Assembly (NCBI GenBank): GCA_035623825.1
Contig: DASPSR010000042.1
Span: forward strand, 11,669 to 75,668
Direction of reading: 5' to 3'
DNA: 64,000 nt
Origin: Nitrospirota bacterium
GTDB lineage: Bacteria; Nitrospirota; UBA9217
In this document: positions 53,875-63,216 of the stretch, in pieces
How positions within the stretch are numbered: position 1 is the stretch's first letter
Layout: each line of letters starts with the position of its first letter
Position numbers and translations under genes: made by a program
The notes under the pieces: generated by a model
The model's database searches: none
Seen by the model: the letters and a program-made list of their open reading frames with translations, nothing else
Told to the model about the DNA's origin: nothing

Positions 53875-54354
53875 TTAAAAGCTTCTCGCACCCGGATACA
53901 AGGATACCGTATTTTTCGCAGCAGTTCAAGGTGATTTTGGCGGGTAGTTTTCTTCAAGCGAAACTTTTGACGATTGCGGGAATCACGCTGCTTTTCGGGA
54001 GAGCACCTTGTTGCCGGCTTCCGTGAAACCGGACTTGTCAGATTTTTTGGTGCCCTTTCGAGGCGACAGATACCCGAAGGTCACCTGGGTCAGGGAGCAA
54101 AAAGCCTCATAGCCGAGGAAATCCGCATCGTGGCGGACCTCGTTTTCCATATGGGCCAGCTTCAGGAGGCGCCGTAGACAACCACCGGCTCTATTGAAGT
54201 AGTGTTTCACACTATTCTTATCGGAATCGATTTAAGGAACTTTAGCAGCCCCCTGGGTTGCCCCACGCGAACGTAACGGGCCGAATCATCAAAGAGAGAG
54301 GTCATGGCTGTCTTTGCGCAGACACGCATTTCTTTGAAGCCGCATATTTTCATC

Positions 54355-56442
54355 TTAACGGGCCATCTGCAACTTTTCGATCACAAAAAGGAGCTGGCCT
54401 TCCTGAACGGTGTCGTTGATCTTGATACAAACCTCAGCAACCTGTCCTTCGAGTGGAGCGAGAATCGCATTCTCCATCTTCATGGCCTCAAGATTCGCGA
54501 TCTCCTCTCCCTTGTGAACGATATCGCCAACCTTGATGGTCCCTCGTTCGGGGTTGCCGATTCTCCAGATATTGCCGCTGATCGGCGCGCCGACATCGCT
54601 CGGATTCTTTGCCACCCTAACTTCAGCCTTTTTTGCTCTTGGCGTCGCGACGGTATACACCCGTGTCTTGTTGTTCACTCTCATCACCACATAGACAAAG
54701 CCCTCATGTTCAGCGCCAACCGACACCAGCTCAAGTGAATACGGCTTGCCCCAGAGATCGAAATTCACCCGGTCTCCCGGTTTTTTTAGCCCTTCCCGCC
54801 ATACACCCGTTGGAAGGGCCAGCGGCGCATCTCCGTACTTGTCCCTGAATGCGATGAATTCCAGGGCGTCCTTCGGATGCATAAGATACAGGACAAACTC
54901 TTCTTCTGTTGCCGCCCGCGCGAGGTTGTCCGAAAGCTCCTTTCTTAACCTGTCGAGGTCGTCGTCCGGTACCGAATCGAGCGGGGAAAGCTCTTTTCGT
55001 TCTCTCATCTTGGTAGCCCATTCTTCTCCGAAGGCGCTTCGATATACCCATTCTGCAGGCCAGCCTACTGGGAGTTTTCCATAATTTCCTAGCAGCAGAT
55101 TCTTGAAGTCTCCGGGCGCGTTCCTGAAGAGCAGAAGCAGTTCTTCCCGCTCATCATTCGTCATGTCGTCAAAATCCTGCCCCTTATCCTCTACAAATTT
55201 TATCATGAGTTCGATGATATGCTTAACGCCTGCGTCACCGCGTTCTTTGGCATACCTGTTGATGATTCCGCTGCAGGTGACCCACGTAATCTGAGAGCCG
55301 GGCGTAACATCAAAATATTTCACAATCCTGTTGTACAGGGACATGAGCTTCAAGATCGCTGGCATGAGATGGAGGAACTCAGCCTTTTGAGCCTGCTCAA
55401 AAGAGCTGGGAAATGCGCCACCGGGCATTTTGTGAAGCGTCACCGTGTGATCAAGGCCTTTGAAAGGTGATTCGGCCCATTCGTATTGCCCTATCCATTC
55501 GCGCACCTGTCGGACCGCGCCTTCCGCTTCTGATCGCTTGAGGTGTACGGGAATCCCCGATTCCTCAAAAATGGCGTGAACAGCAAGTATAGGCGAGTGG
55601 CCGTAGAAGCGAACCAGGGAGTCTTCTTCCACATCAAATATCTTAGCGCCAGCCTTCGCTGCCGATAGAAGGGCAGGTATTGCAAGCCCGTCGGTAATGT
55701 GACGGTGATAATTTATCACCAATCCCGGATAGGCTTGTTTGATCGCATCAACGAGATTGCCAATTCGGGTCACGTCGCCGACACCGGCCATGTCCTTCAC
55801 GCACAGGACAATCTCATCAATTCCTGAGCACAGGTCGACGATATCCCTGATAACCTTTAGATAGTATTCGTTGGTTGCCCAGTCCGCCGTCGTAAAAGAA
55901 ATGGTCGGTTCGAAAAGCCGACCTCTCTTCATGACGACTTCAGCGACGCTGCGCATGTTCCTTACATCGTTCAGGAACGAGAAGCATCTCCAGACATCGA
56001 TGTCCACCTGTGAGACGGCGTGCTCTATCACGTTTTTGGGATAGGGCCTGTAGCCCCAGAGATTCGTCTCCCGTATGAGGGTTTGGAGGAGTACGCGTGG
56101 CATGAGTCCCCGAAGAAGAGCGGTCTCTTCAAAGGGGCTTTCCCTTCTATTCATGATGCCTACATGCCACCGTGCGCCGCCGTGACACTCGGAGCTGAAT
56201 AGACCCATATTGTTGTAGAAAGGTGCAAGGGTTTTCAGGTCGTACATGCGGTGTCGGTTTTTAAAATCTGATTGGCCGGCATCCCGCATTCCTACAGAGG
56301 TCAGACAAACCCCCGAAAGTCCGCGGACTGCCTTGATAATCTCTTTGGGCGTCATCTCTGGCCGCGCAAAGGTGCCTTCCGGGCTTCGTACGGCCTTATT
56401 GGAACTTGTTATATCTTTCTTCTGTCCCTTGTCCTCTGCCAT
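54355..56442 (-). CDS. pycB: pyruvate carboxylase subunit B / oxaloacetate decarboxylase alpha-type carboxyltransferase with C-terminal biotinyl domain
   Basis: It has a carboxyltransferase TIM-barrel region and the biotin attachment motif EAMKMEN near the C-terminus. It is adjacent to the biotin carboxylase gene. Confidence 0.82.
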   Translation of the reverse strand: MAEDKGQKKDITSSNKAVRSPEGTFARPEMTPKEIIKAVRGLSGVCLTSVGMRDAGQSDFKNRHRMYDLKTLAPFYNNMGLFSSECHGGARWHVGIMNRRESPFEETALLRGLMPRVLLQTLIRETNLWGYRPYPKNVIEHAVSQVDIDVWRCFSFLNDVRNMRSVAEVVMKRGRLFEPTISFTTADWATNEYYLKVIRDIVDLCSGIDEIVLCVKDMAGVGDVTRIGNLVDAIKQAYPGLVINYHRHITDGLAIPALLSAAKAGAKIFDVEEDSLVRFYGHSPILAVHAIFEESGIPVHLKRSEAEGAVRQVREWIGQYEWAESPFKGLDHTVTLHKMPGGAFPSSFEQAQKAEFLHLMPAILKLMSLYNRIVKYFDVTPGSQITWVTCSGIINRYAKERGDAGVKHIIELMIKFVEDKGQDFDDMTNDEREELLLLFRNAPGDFKNLLLGNYGKLPVGWPAEWVYRSAFGEEWATKMRERKELSPLDSVPDDDLDRLRKELSDNLARAATEEEFVLYLMHPKDALEFIAFRDKYGDAPLALPTGVWREGLKKPGDRVNFDLWGKPYSLELVSVGAEHEGFVYVVMRVNNKTRVYTVATPRAKKAEVRVAKNPSDVGAPISGNIWRIGNPERGTIKVGDIVHKGEEIANLEAMKMENAILAPLEGQVAEVCIKINDTVQEGQLLFVIEKLQMAR

Positions 56443-56451
56443 CTGGCTACC

Positions 56452-57909
56452 TCACATCCATTTCTGCGGCCCGAGAGCTGATATCTCCGCCACATATCGT
56501 GCAATCTTGAGAACCTCATCCTCGCTGTTCTTTTCCCTGAACATTGAGATAAGCTCGTCCATATGCTCCTCGATGAACCGTGTTGAGAATTCCCCGGAGA
56601 TGAAGGATGGGTGCCGAATGATGGAGAGTAGCAGAGGCTGAAGCGTCTTCACCCCCTCTACCCTAAGGTTCCTGCCGAGAGAGCGGTCCATGACCCTGAT
56701 TGCGTCCTTGCGGTCCGCACCGGCGGTCATGAGCAGCATAAACAGAGAATCGTAGTATGCGGGAATGTCTCCACCCTCGTAAACTCCCGAGGCCACGCGC
56801 ACGTTCGGTCCCATCGGGATCTGAAGTCTGGTGATAGAGCCGAAGGAGGGGCTGAAGCTCTTCGGGTCTTCGGCGTTCAGCCGAACCTCGAGCGCCCATC
56901 GGTTCGGCCGGATGGCGGACTGCTTGAAGGGCAGCTTCTTGCCCAGGGCCACATCGATCATGATGCCGACGATGTCCAATCCAGTGATCAGCTCCGTGAT
57001 GCCGTGCTCGACTTGGAGGCGAGTGTTCACTTCGAGGAAGTAAAATTTTCTCGTTGCGGAATCAAAAATGTACTCGACGGTTCCGGCCGTTGTGTAGCCA
57101 ATCTCACGCATCAGCTGCGTCGCGGTGGAACAGATCTCGTTCCGGAGGTTCTCATCGAGGCTGGGCGATGGCGCCTCCTCGATGATCTTCTGATTCCTGC
57201 GCTGGAGCGTACACTCCCTCTCGTAGAGGTGAACTACATTCCCATGGGCGTCGGCCACGATCTGGACTTCGATATGCCTGCCACGCTCGATGTACTTCTC
57301 CACGAGGATGGTATCGTCGCCGAATGACTTCTTGGCCTCGGACCGGGCTCGGGACAGCGCCTGCGACAGCTGCTCGTCGTTCTCTACCTTGACCATGCCC
57401 TTCCCGCCGCCACCTGCTGCGGCCTTGATCATGATGGGATAGGCCACATCGTCCTTCTTCATCCAGATCTTGATCTGCTCGACGTTTGTGACTGCGTCGA
57501 TGCCTGGAATGATGGGCACATTGGCCTTCTTGGCCAGTGCCTTGGCCCCGATTTTGTCTCCCAGCTTGCCGATGACCTCGTGAGAAGGTCCGATCCAGGT
57601 GAGGCCCGCATCAGTCACCTTTCGCGCGAATTCCGCATTTTCCGCAAGGAACCCCCAGCCCGGGTGGATCGCGTCAGACCTGCTCTCAAGGGCAGCCCGG
57701 ATCATCTTGTCCATGTTGAGATAGGACTCTGCCGGTGGCGCCGCTCCGATGTGGACTGCCTCGTCAGCCATAAAAACATGGTGGGCAAGACGGTCGGGAT
57801 CGCTATAGACCGCAATGGTCGGAATCTTCCGGTCCCTGCATGTGTGCATAACTCTGACCGCAGGGACCCCTCGGTTCGCAACCAAGATTTTATTTATCTT
57901 TCTGTCCAT
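56452..57909 (-). CDS. pycA: biotin carboxylase (pyruvate carboxylase subunit A type)
   Basis: Contains KILVANRGVPAVRVM, the ATP-grasp motif GGGGKGM, and EVNTRLQVEHGITE. Confidence 0.9.
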   Translation of the reverse strand: MDRKINKILVANRGVPAVRVMHTCRDRKIPTIAVYSDPDRLAHHVFMADEAVHIGAAPPAESYLNMDKMIRAALESRSDAIHPGWGFLAENAEFARKVTDAGLTWIGPSHEVIGKLGDKIGAKALAKKANVPIIPGIDAVTNVEQIKIWMKKDDVAYPIMIKAAAGGGGKGMVKVENDEQLSQALSRARSEAKKSFGDDTILVEKYIERGRHIEVQIVADAHGNVVHLYERECTLQRRNQKIIEEAPSPSLDENLRNEICSTATQLMREIGYTTAGTVEYIFDSATRKFYFLEVNTRLQVEHGITELITGLDIVGIMIDVALGKKLPFKQSAIRPNRWALEVRLNAEDPKSFSPSFGSITRLQIPMGPNVRVASGVYEGGDIPAYYDSLFMLLMTAGADRKDAIRVMDRSLGRNLRVEGVKTLQPLLLSIIRHPSFISGEFSTRFIEEHMDELISMFREKNSEDEVLKIARYVAEISALGPQKWM

Positions 57910-58384
57910 AACTGTCCCCCGTGCCTATCAGAAAAAAAGACCTTTACCCGACGAATAGCAGGTCCCGATTCTATTCACCCTGGCAAAGGTCTTGATTGTC
58001 AAACTACACCAGTCTACAGCATCGCCGGACGGCATCTTTATGATTGTATGTCCGCAGGCTGAAGATATTCCCATATCGGCTGCGCCGCTACAGGTAAGGT
58101 TCATAATATTTGAGTATCCCGCTATTTGTCAAGTTATAATTTGGTCCTCTATTCCTTCTTCTCTCGATACTTCAGGGCTCAGTATCCTAAGAAACATGGC
58201 CTGAAAGGATTAATCTCTTGCTTCACTGACCGGTGCGGTGCCGGCGACCGCAAAGACGCGGCTGCAGGCATCTGCGATAAGGCATAGGTTCATTGCCCAA
58301 TCAATCAGGGTCTGGCGGCCTGCGTATAAAAAAGGAGAATGCAGGACGGGAGCAAGAATGGTCAAATTAGATTGCTAAGGTGAG

Positions 58385-59998
58385 TTAATCCTCGAAACGC
58401 GTCACGAACGCGCCGATGAAGTGCATCGAATGAACATAGTCTGTGAAGGGAACCTCTTTCACTGCACCGCCGCCGGGATTTCCCTCTTTTTCCTTGACGC
58501 CGGCGGCGTGAATCAGGTAAGGCTTGCCGGATTTAATGTGGACGATCGAGAGGTGGGCGATAATTTCCTCGACAGTGCGCTTCTTCGGATCCTTGGCCCA
58601 GTAGATGATGTCGCCATCCTGAAGTTTTTTCTGAAAGGATCTCGTCGCAAGAACAGACTTCGGGAGGATGTCCACGGTGTCCTTGCCGCGGGAACCGGGA
58701 ATCGTTCTCGGGGTCCCGAGCTCAGCAGTGATGTTCTTTCCCCACTTGCCGCTGAAGACCATGTCTTCGCCGTATTGGAAGCGGTCGTCATAGTTCGTGA
58801 CGAGGCCGTCGGAGAGCTTGCCTTGGGTTTTGAACCGTAGCGTGAGCGCCTGTTCTATAGCTTCAGCCGGCGTACTGCTCTTGGCTAGTTCGACGGAGCG
58901 GAAAGCATGGTACATGCAGTCGACCTTTTCGTCCGCCACGATACGGTTCGTGCGCACATAGAGGCCCAGGGGGTCAGGGTCGTACGGCGTGCCGATGAAG
59001 CGGCTTGCCCAGTACGAGATTCTTTTGCCGAGCGGAAGCCTGGCGGTCCGCGCCTGCGTAATGAGGATCTCATCAGCGGTCATCTCTGACGTCGTCTTCT
59101 TTTGGTCCGGATCGGCACCGATGATACGAAGCCCGTACTGGAGGGCGTTGGCATATCTCCGATCGTAGATGCCAGCAAGCTGAACGGAATGCTTTTTCGA
59201 AGATTGGAGAAACCTGCCGCTCCCGAGAAAGAGACCCTCATTCCCATCGTAGAATACAAGAATATCGCCGGGCTGGAGATCATGCTTCAGCACGCGTTCC
59301 GCTTTTGCCTTGAGCGATGCGCTGTCCGTGCCTATGGGGAAACCGTGAATACGGTAGGCAATGTGAATTAGCCCACGGGTATCCATGCCCTGAGCAGTGA
59401 GCCCGCCCGGAAGGTATCGCACGCCGAGGAACTTTCTTGCAGTCGTGGCGATCTCCTCGGGCGTGGTGTCGTTTACAATGGGATCGATGGGCTTAACGGG
59501 AATTGCATCTGACGGATCAATGATAGCGACAGAGCGGTCGGGGAACTGAACCGTGAACCCGTCCGACTTTTTTTCGAGCACGGGAAGACGCGTGCCGGCA
59601 TAGAGCGGAACCTTGTGATTGCCCGTCTTGTCCAGAATCAGCGCCTCGGTCTTGGGCACAGCAATCACGATCCACTGACGGTCGGCATTGAGATAGTGGC
59701 GACCCTTGTCCTTTGGAATGTGGACCGCCTCCTGCTGTATCCAGCCTTCACGGTTGTCTTGGTTCGGGATCGCGATCCGGTACCGGTAGTCCTGCTTTTC
59801 GAGGATGAGCACCTCATCAGCCATAAGCACCTGGGTCACGAGGCCTGATTTTGGAATCGGTTCCTCATGCACATTGGCGAGGGGCGCCGATATGATGCCG
59901 ATGATGGTGTTTTTGGTTTTTGGTTCCTGAGGAGATGCAGCAGCGGAAAGCAGCAGCGCGGTGCAAAGAATGATGAATATATGGGAAAGCTTTTTCAT
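58385..59998 (-). CDS. secreted SH3-like + degenerate NlpC/P60-like + DUF1460-like protein
   Basis: It has a signal peptide. ARKFLGVRYLPGGLTAQGMDTRGLIHIAY aligns to the NlpC/P60 xGGxSxxGxDCSGL block, but with T in place of the catalytic C. The C-terminal part (RFIGTPYDPDP...VDCMYHAFRSVELA) resembles DUF1460. Confidence 0.6.
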   Translation of the reverse strand: MKKLSHIFIILCTALLLSAAASPQEPKTKNTIIGIISAPLANVHEEPIPKSGLVTQVLMADEVLILEKQDYRYRIAIPNQDNREGWIQQEAVHIPKDKGRHYLNADRQWIVIAVPKTEALILDKTGNHKVPLYAGTRLPVLEKKSDGFTVQFPDRSVAIIDPSDAIPVKPIDPIVNDTTPEEIATTARKFLGVRYLPGGLTAQGMDTRGLIHIAYRIHGFPIGTDSASLKAKAERVLKHDLQPGDILVFYDGNEGLFLGSGRFLQSSKKHSVQLAGIYDRRYANALQYGLRIIGADPDQKKTTSEMTADEILITQARTARLPLGKRISYWASRFIGTPYDPDPLGLYVRTNRIVADEKVDCMYHAFRSVELAKSSTPAEAIEQALTLRFKTQGKLSDGLVTNYDDRFQYGEDMVFSGKWGKNITAELGTPRTIPGSRGKDTVDILPKSVLATRSFQKKLQDGDIIYWAKDPKKRTVEEIIAHLSIVHIKSGKPYLIHAAGVKEKEGNPGGGAVKEVPFTDYVHSMHFIGAFVTRFED

Positions 59999-60062
59999 CA
60001 GATGAATTCAGGAAAGCGATATGGCGTATGGTGCTGCCTGCTGCCGCGAACGGTGAACAGAG

Positions 60063-60147
60063 TGGTGCCGAAGGGGGGACTCGAACCCCCATGGGTTGCC
60101 CCACACGCCCCTCAAACGTGCGTGTCTACCAATTCCACCACTTCGGC
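60063..60147 (-). tRNA. tRNA-Leu (anticodon GAG), 85 nt with encoded CCA
   Basis: My hand fold of the minus strand is: GCCGAAG/CTTCGGC acceptor, GTGG-AATTGGTAG-ACAC D-arm, CACGT-TTGAGGG-GCGTG anticodon arm (GAG), a 13-nt variable arm, GGGGG-TTCGAGT-CCCCC T-arm, then ACCA. It is collinear with E. coli tRNA-Leu. Confidence 0.9.
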
Positions 60148-60256
60148 ACTTGAAAACACTATATAACCACAGATGAAAACGGAAACGGACCTACGGCAAT
60201 CCATTCGGCTTGCCGCGCTACCGGTTACTCAGTGTCCATCCGCGGGAAATCAATTT

Positions 60257-61207
60257 CTACTTCTTCACGGCAGGCTGCTTCGCATAGACAAACGTGAGCC
60301 AGTCCTCGTGCCGGTTATGCCTGCCGTTCACGATATCAAAAAACGCGGCCTGGAGCTCCGCGGTGACCCGTCCGGGCTTGCCTTTCCCGATCTGCCGGTT
60401 GTCCACTTCACGAATCGGCGTAATCTCAGCCGCCGTGCCAGTAAAGAACGCCTCGTCGGCAATGTAGAGCTCGTCCCTCGTGAACCGCTCTTCCACGAGA
60501 CGCATGCCACGCTCCGCAGCAAGGTGGATGATCGTGTCCCGGGTGATGCCTTCGAGGATGGACGTGAGGGGCGGTGTCTTGATCAAGCCCTTGCGCACAA
60601 TAAAAATGTTCTCACCGCTTCCTTCCGCGACATAGCCGTCGGTATCGAGCAGTATTGCTTCGTCATAGCCATCCTTGAGCGCTTCCCGTTTGGCAAGAAG
60701 GGAGTTCGCATAATTGGCCGCGGTCTTGGAGCGCACCATTGTAGCGTTGACATGTGGCCGGACAAAGGATGAGATCTTGACACGGATCCCGTTCTTGATC
60801 CCTTCCTCGCCCAGATAGCTGCCCCAGGGCCAAACGGCAATGGCAAGGTCAACCGGATTATCTTTAGGAAAGACCCCCATGGCGCCGTAGCCTATATATG
60901 CGAGTGGCCTGATGTAGCATGCGTCGATCTTGTTCTCGCGGATGGTTTCGAGAATCGCCTCGGCGACGGCTTCGCGGGCAAACGGGATCTGCATCTGCAA
61001 GATGTGCGCGGAATCGAAGAGACGGTCCACGTGCTCATGCAGCCTGAAGACCGCCGGTCCATCATTGGCCTTGTAGCAACGGATGCCCTCGAACACCGCG
61101 GTGCTGTAGTGAAGCGAATGAGTCAGGACGTGAACCTTTGCGTCATCCCACTTCACGAACGCACCGTTCATCCATATTTTTTCCGTGGCTTGCAGCATAG
61201 GAAACAT
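60257..61207 (-). CDS. ilvE: branched-chain amino acid aminotransferase
   Basis: Contains IWMNGAFVKWDDAKVHVLTHSLHYSTAVFEGIRCY and EGSGENIF and TPPLTSILEGITR. Confidence 0.9.
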   Translation of the reverse strand: MFPMLQATEKIWMNGAFVKWDDAKVHVLTHSLHYSTAVFEGIRCYKANDGPAVFRLHEHVDRLFDSAHILQMQIPFAREAVAEAILETIRENKIDACYIRPLAYIGYGAMGVFPKDNPVDLAIAVWPWGSYLGEEGIKNGIRVKISSFVRPHVNATMVRSKTAANYANSLLAKREALKDGYDEAILLDTDGYVAEGSGENIFIVRKGLIKTPPLTSILEGITRDTIIHLAAERGMRLVEERFTRDELYIADEAFFTGTAAEITPIREVDNRQIGKGKPGRVTAELQAAFFDIVNGRHNRHEDWLTFVYAKQPAVKK

Positions 61208-62060
61208 TTATAACAGCCTGTATTAAAATTGTCAATCGTTTTTTCCGTTCTTCGTTTTCACTCACGGCCAATGGCGCGCCCGGTGGCTCGAATCCTGAGA
61301 ATGTGAACCAGATGAAAGGCGCAGCGAGTACTGCTTCGCAGGGATAGTTCTCATGATTACAGAGGTTCGCAAATACGCCTCAATAGGCTAATACGGCTGC
61401 CCAGAATGCGCTCGATGCGGTTATGGGGAAACATTAAACATTATCATCAATTCTGTGGTAACGGAGACGACGAAGTCATGGAGGGCAACTTCGAGAAGTT
61501 TCCTTGCCGAACATATAACATATGATGTTAAGATGTATTCGAAATACACGAAATCTGATCTATGATCTCATAATTTATAGGGATTTAGAGAAACCTGCTT
61601 CCCATAACGCGCTCTTTCAATAAATTTATACCGTTGTGATGAACGCTCGTCTGTTTTAAATAAACACTGCTGATAACCATTCGAATATAGTGGAAGGTCA
61701 GTAACTTGTTGATATTTTATGCTTTTTCATCTTATTTGCAATATATGATGTGCTACCACTAGCGTTCACAATTAGTCCTATGATTAGTGAATGTTTAGGA
61801 AACATTATTTTTCAAAATGTTTTTTTTTAGAGGTCTTGACAATTCACATTCGTTCAGAGCTTATGCGCTAACCTGAATTCGCTGAAGGCGTCTTGCAGGA
61901 AGGCCCGAAAGGGTGGGACCTTTGGTCGGTCCCATTATGAAGATTGTGGCAGATTGTTGTTGACGTGGGGAAGCGTCTGCAAACACAGAGTCGAGGTTAC
62001 CATTCCTGCGTATATTATTGTTAGAAAATGGGTATAAGCGTTTTTTGGATGATCGTCAGG

Positions 62061-62279
62061 CTAGCCGACCGTGTCTTTCTTCTCCAGATAGTCCCTCTTA
62101 GTTGCCGCAGGACCCTTTTCTGCTTCAAGCAAATAGAGTATTTCCTGGATACGCTTCTGTAAACGGGACACTGCCCTCTGAATTTCTGCGTCTTTTTCCT
62201 GTTCGCTCATGAGAAGGTATTTTTCCAGGCTCGTTCTCTTTTCTTCTGTCTTCATATTTATTGTGTGTTCTGCTTCCAC
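62061..62279 (-). CDS. small charged coiled-coil protein, unknown function
   Basis: Track ORF 62061..62336. I prefer the GTG at 62277-62279 because AGGAGG lies 7 nt upstream. The product is VEAEHTINMKTEEKRTSLEKYLLMSEQEKDAEIQRAVSRLQKRIQEILYLLEAEKGP... I recognised no family. Confidence 0.35.
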   Translation of the reverse strand: MEAEHTINMKTEEKRTSLEKYLLMSEQEKDAEIQRAVSRLQKRIQEILYLLEAEKGPAATKRDYLEKKDTVG

Positions 62280-62564
62280 CGCCGTCACCTCCTGATGTGT
62301 TGTTTCCAACTGATATCTGCAACACACAAAACGCAAGGCGCAAGCACTTTGTTCCAGTCAGCCGATCGAGGCTTGCGAGATCTACAAACAAAAGTCTACG
62401 TCAAAGCTACTTGAGTTTATAATCAAAGTAAATCGCCTGATATGGGTATTTTCGGGGTATGACGAGAAATTACAGGAGCAGCAATGGAAATCGTTATGAA
62501 ATACCGGTATAGAAACGAGGATTCCGCAGAATTTTGCAAGATTCTGATGCGTAATGCGTTCGCG

Positions 62565-63191
62565 TCATATGATGCCTGTTTTCCTGGCCTTGAGGAGAGC
62601 TTCGCCCCTGTCTTTGGCCTGCAGCTTTTCGTAAATGTTCTTGATATGGGTGTGCACCGTGTGCGAACTTATTTTTAATTTTATCGAAATCTCCTTGTAA
62701 GTCAAACCCTCTTCAATGCACCTGACAACGTCTTTTTCACGTTGGCTCAAGATGTATTGCTCACTGGTTATACTCTCATCTTGAAATTCGTGGATTACCT
62801 TACGTGCTATTTTGGGGCTCATGGGAGCGCCGCCTTTATGAAGTTCGTGAATGGCTTCAACGATCTCTCTAGGACTGCTTCCTTTCAGGATATACCCAGA
62901 TGCCCCCGCTTTTATTGCGGAAAAGACATTTTCCCGGTCTTCAAACACCGTATGGGCCATGATTTCTACTCCTGGAATCTCTTCCTTTGCTTTTTTGATA
63001 AGTTCTATTCCCGACATGCCCGGTAGGCCCAAGTCGACAAGCATGATTTCCGGGGCAGCCTTCCCAAGGGCTTGCAGGGTATCCTCCGCTGAACTGAAGG
63101 CGCCCACAACAGCAATGCCCGACTCTCCGCTCAGGAGCAGCTTGAGGTTTTCCAACAAAAGTGGATCATCTTCAACGATCATTAATCGCAT
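62565..63191 (-). CDS. NarL/FixJ-family response regulator (receiver + LuxR-type HTH)
   Basis: The receiver is MIVEDDPLL...IMLVDLGLPGMSG. The C-terminus is LSQREKDVVRCIEEGLTYKEISIKLKISSHTVHTHIKNIYEKL. Confidence 0.9.
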   Translation of the reverse strand: MRLMIVEDDPLLLENLKLLLSGESGIAVVGAFSSAEDTLQALGKAAPEIMLVDLGLPGMSGIELIKKAKEEIPGVEIMAHTVFEDRENVFSAIKAGASGYILKGSSPREIVEAIHELHKGGAPMSPKIARKVIHEFQDESITSEQYILSQREKDVVRCIEEGLTYKEISIKLKISSHTVHTHIKNIYEKLQAKDRGEALLKARKTGII

Positions 63192-63216
63192 GAGATTAAC
63201 CTTATCATAAAATTAC

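Noticed and set aside
53983-54210. A 75-aa minus-strand ORF in the 480-bp RNase J-pycB spacer. It has faint resemblance (YFNRAGGCLRRLLKL...DFLGY) to the C-terminal half of four-helix-bundle '23S rRNA intervening sequence' proteins.
   Set aside because: The resemblance is too weak to defend without a profile search. There is no RBS and the N-terminal half of the fold is missing. At best it is a decayed fragment.
61260-61310. A minus-strand CAGGATTCGAGCCACCGGGCGCGCCA that superficially resembles a tRNA T-loop/3' end, which could be an att-site remnant near tRNA-Leu.
   Set aside because: I can draw no T-stem pairing or acceptor complementarity. It lies on the 5' side of the tRNA-Leu gene, not the 3' side where integrative elements leave repeats. 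It does not match the tRNA-Leu 3' sequence.
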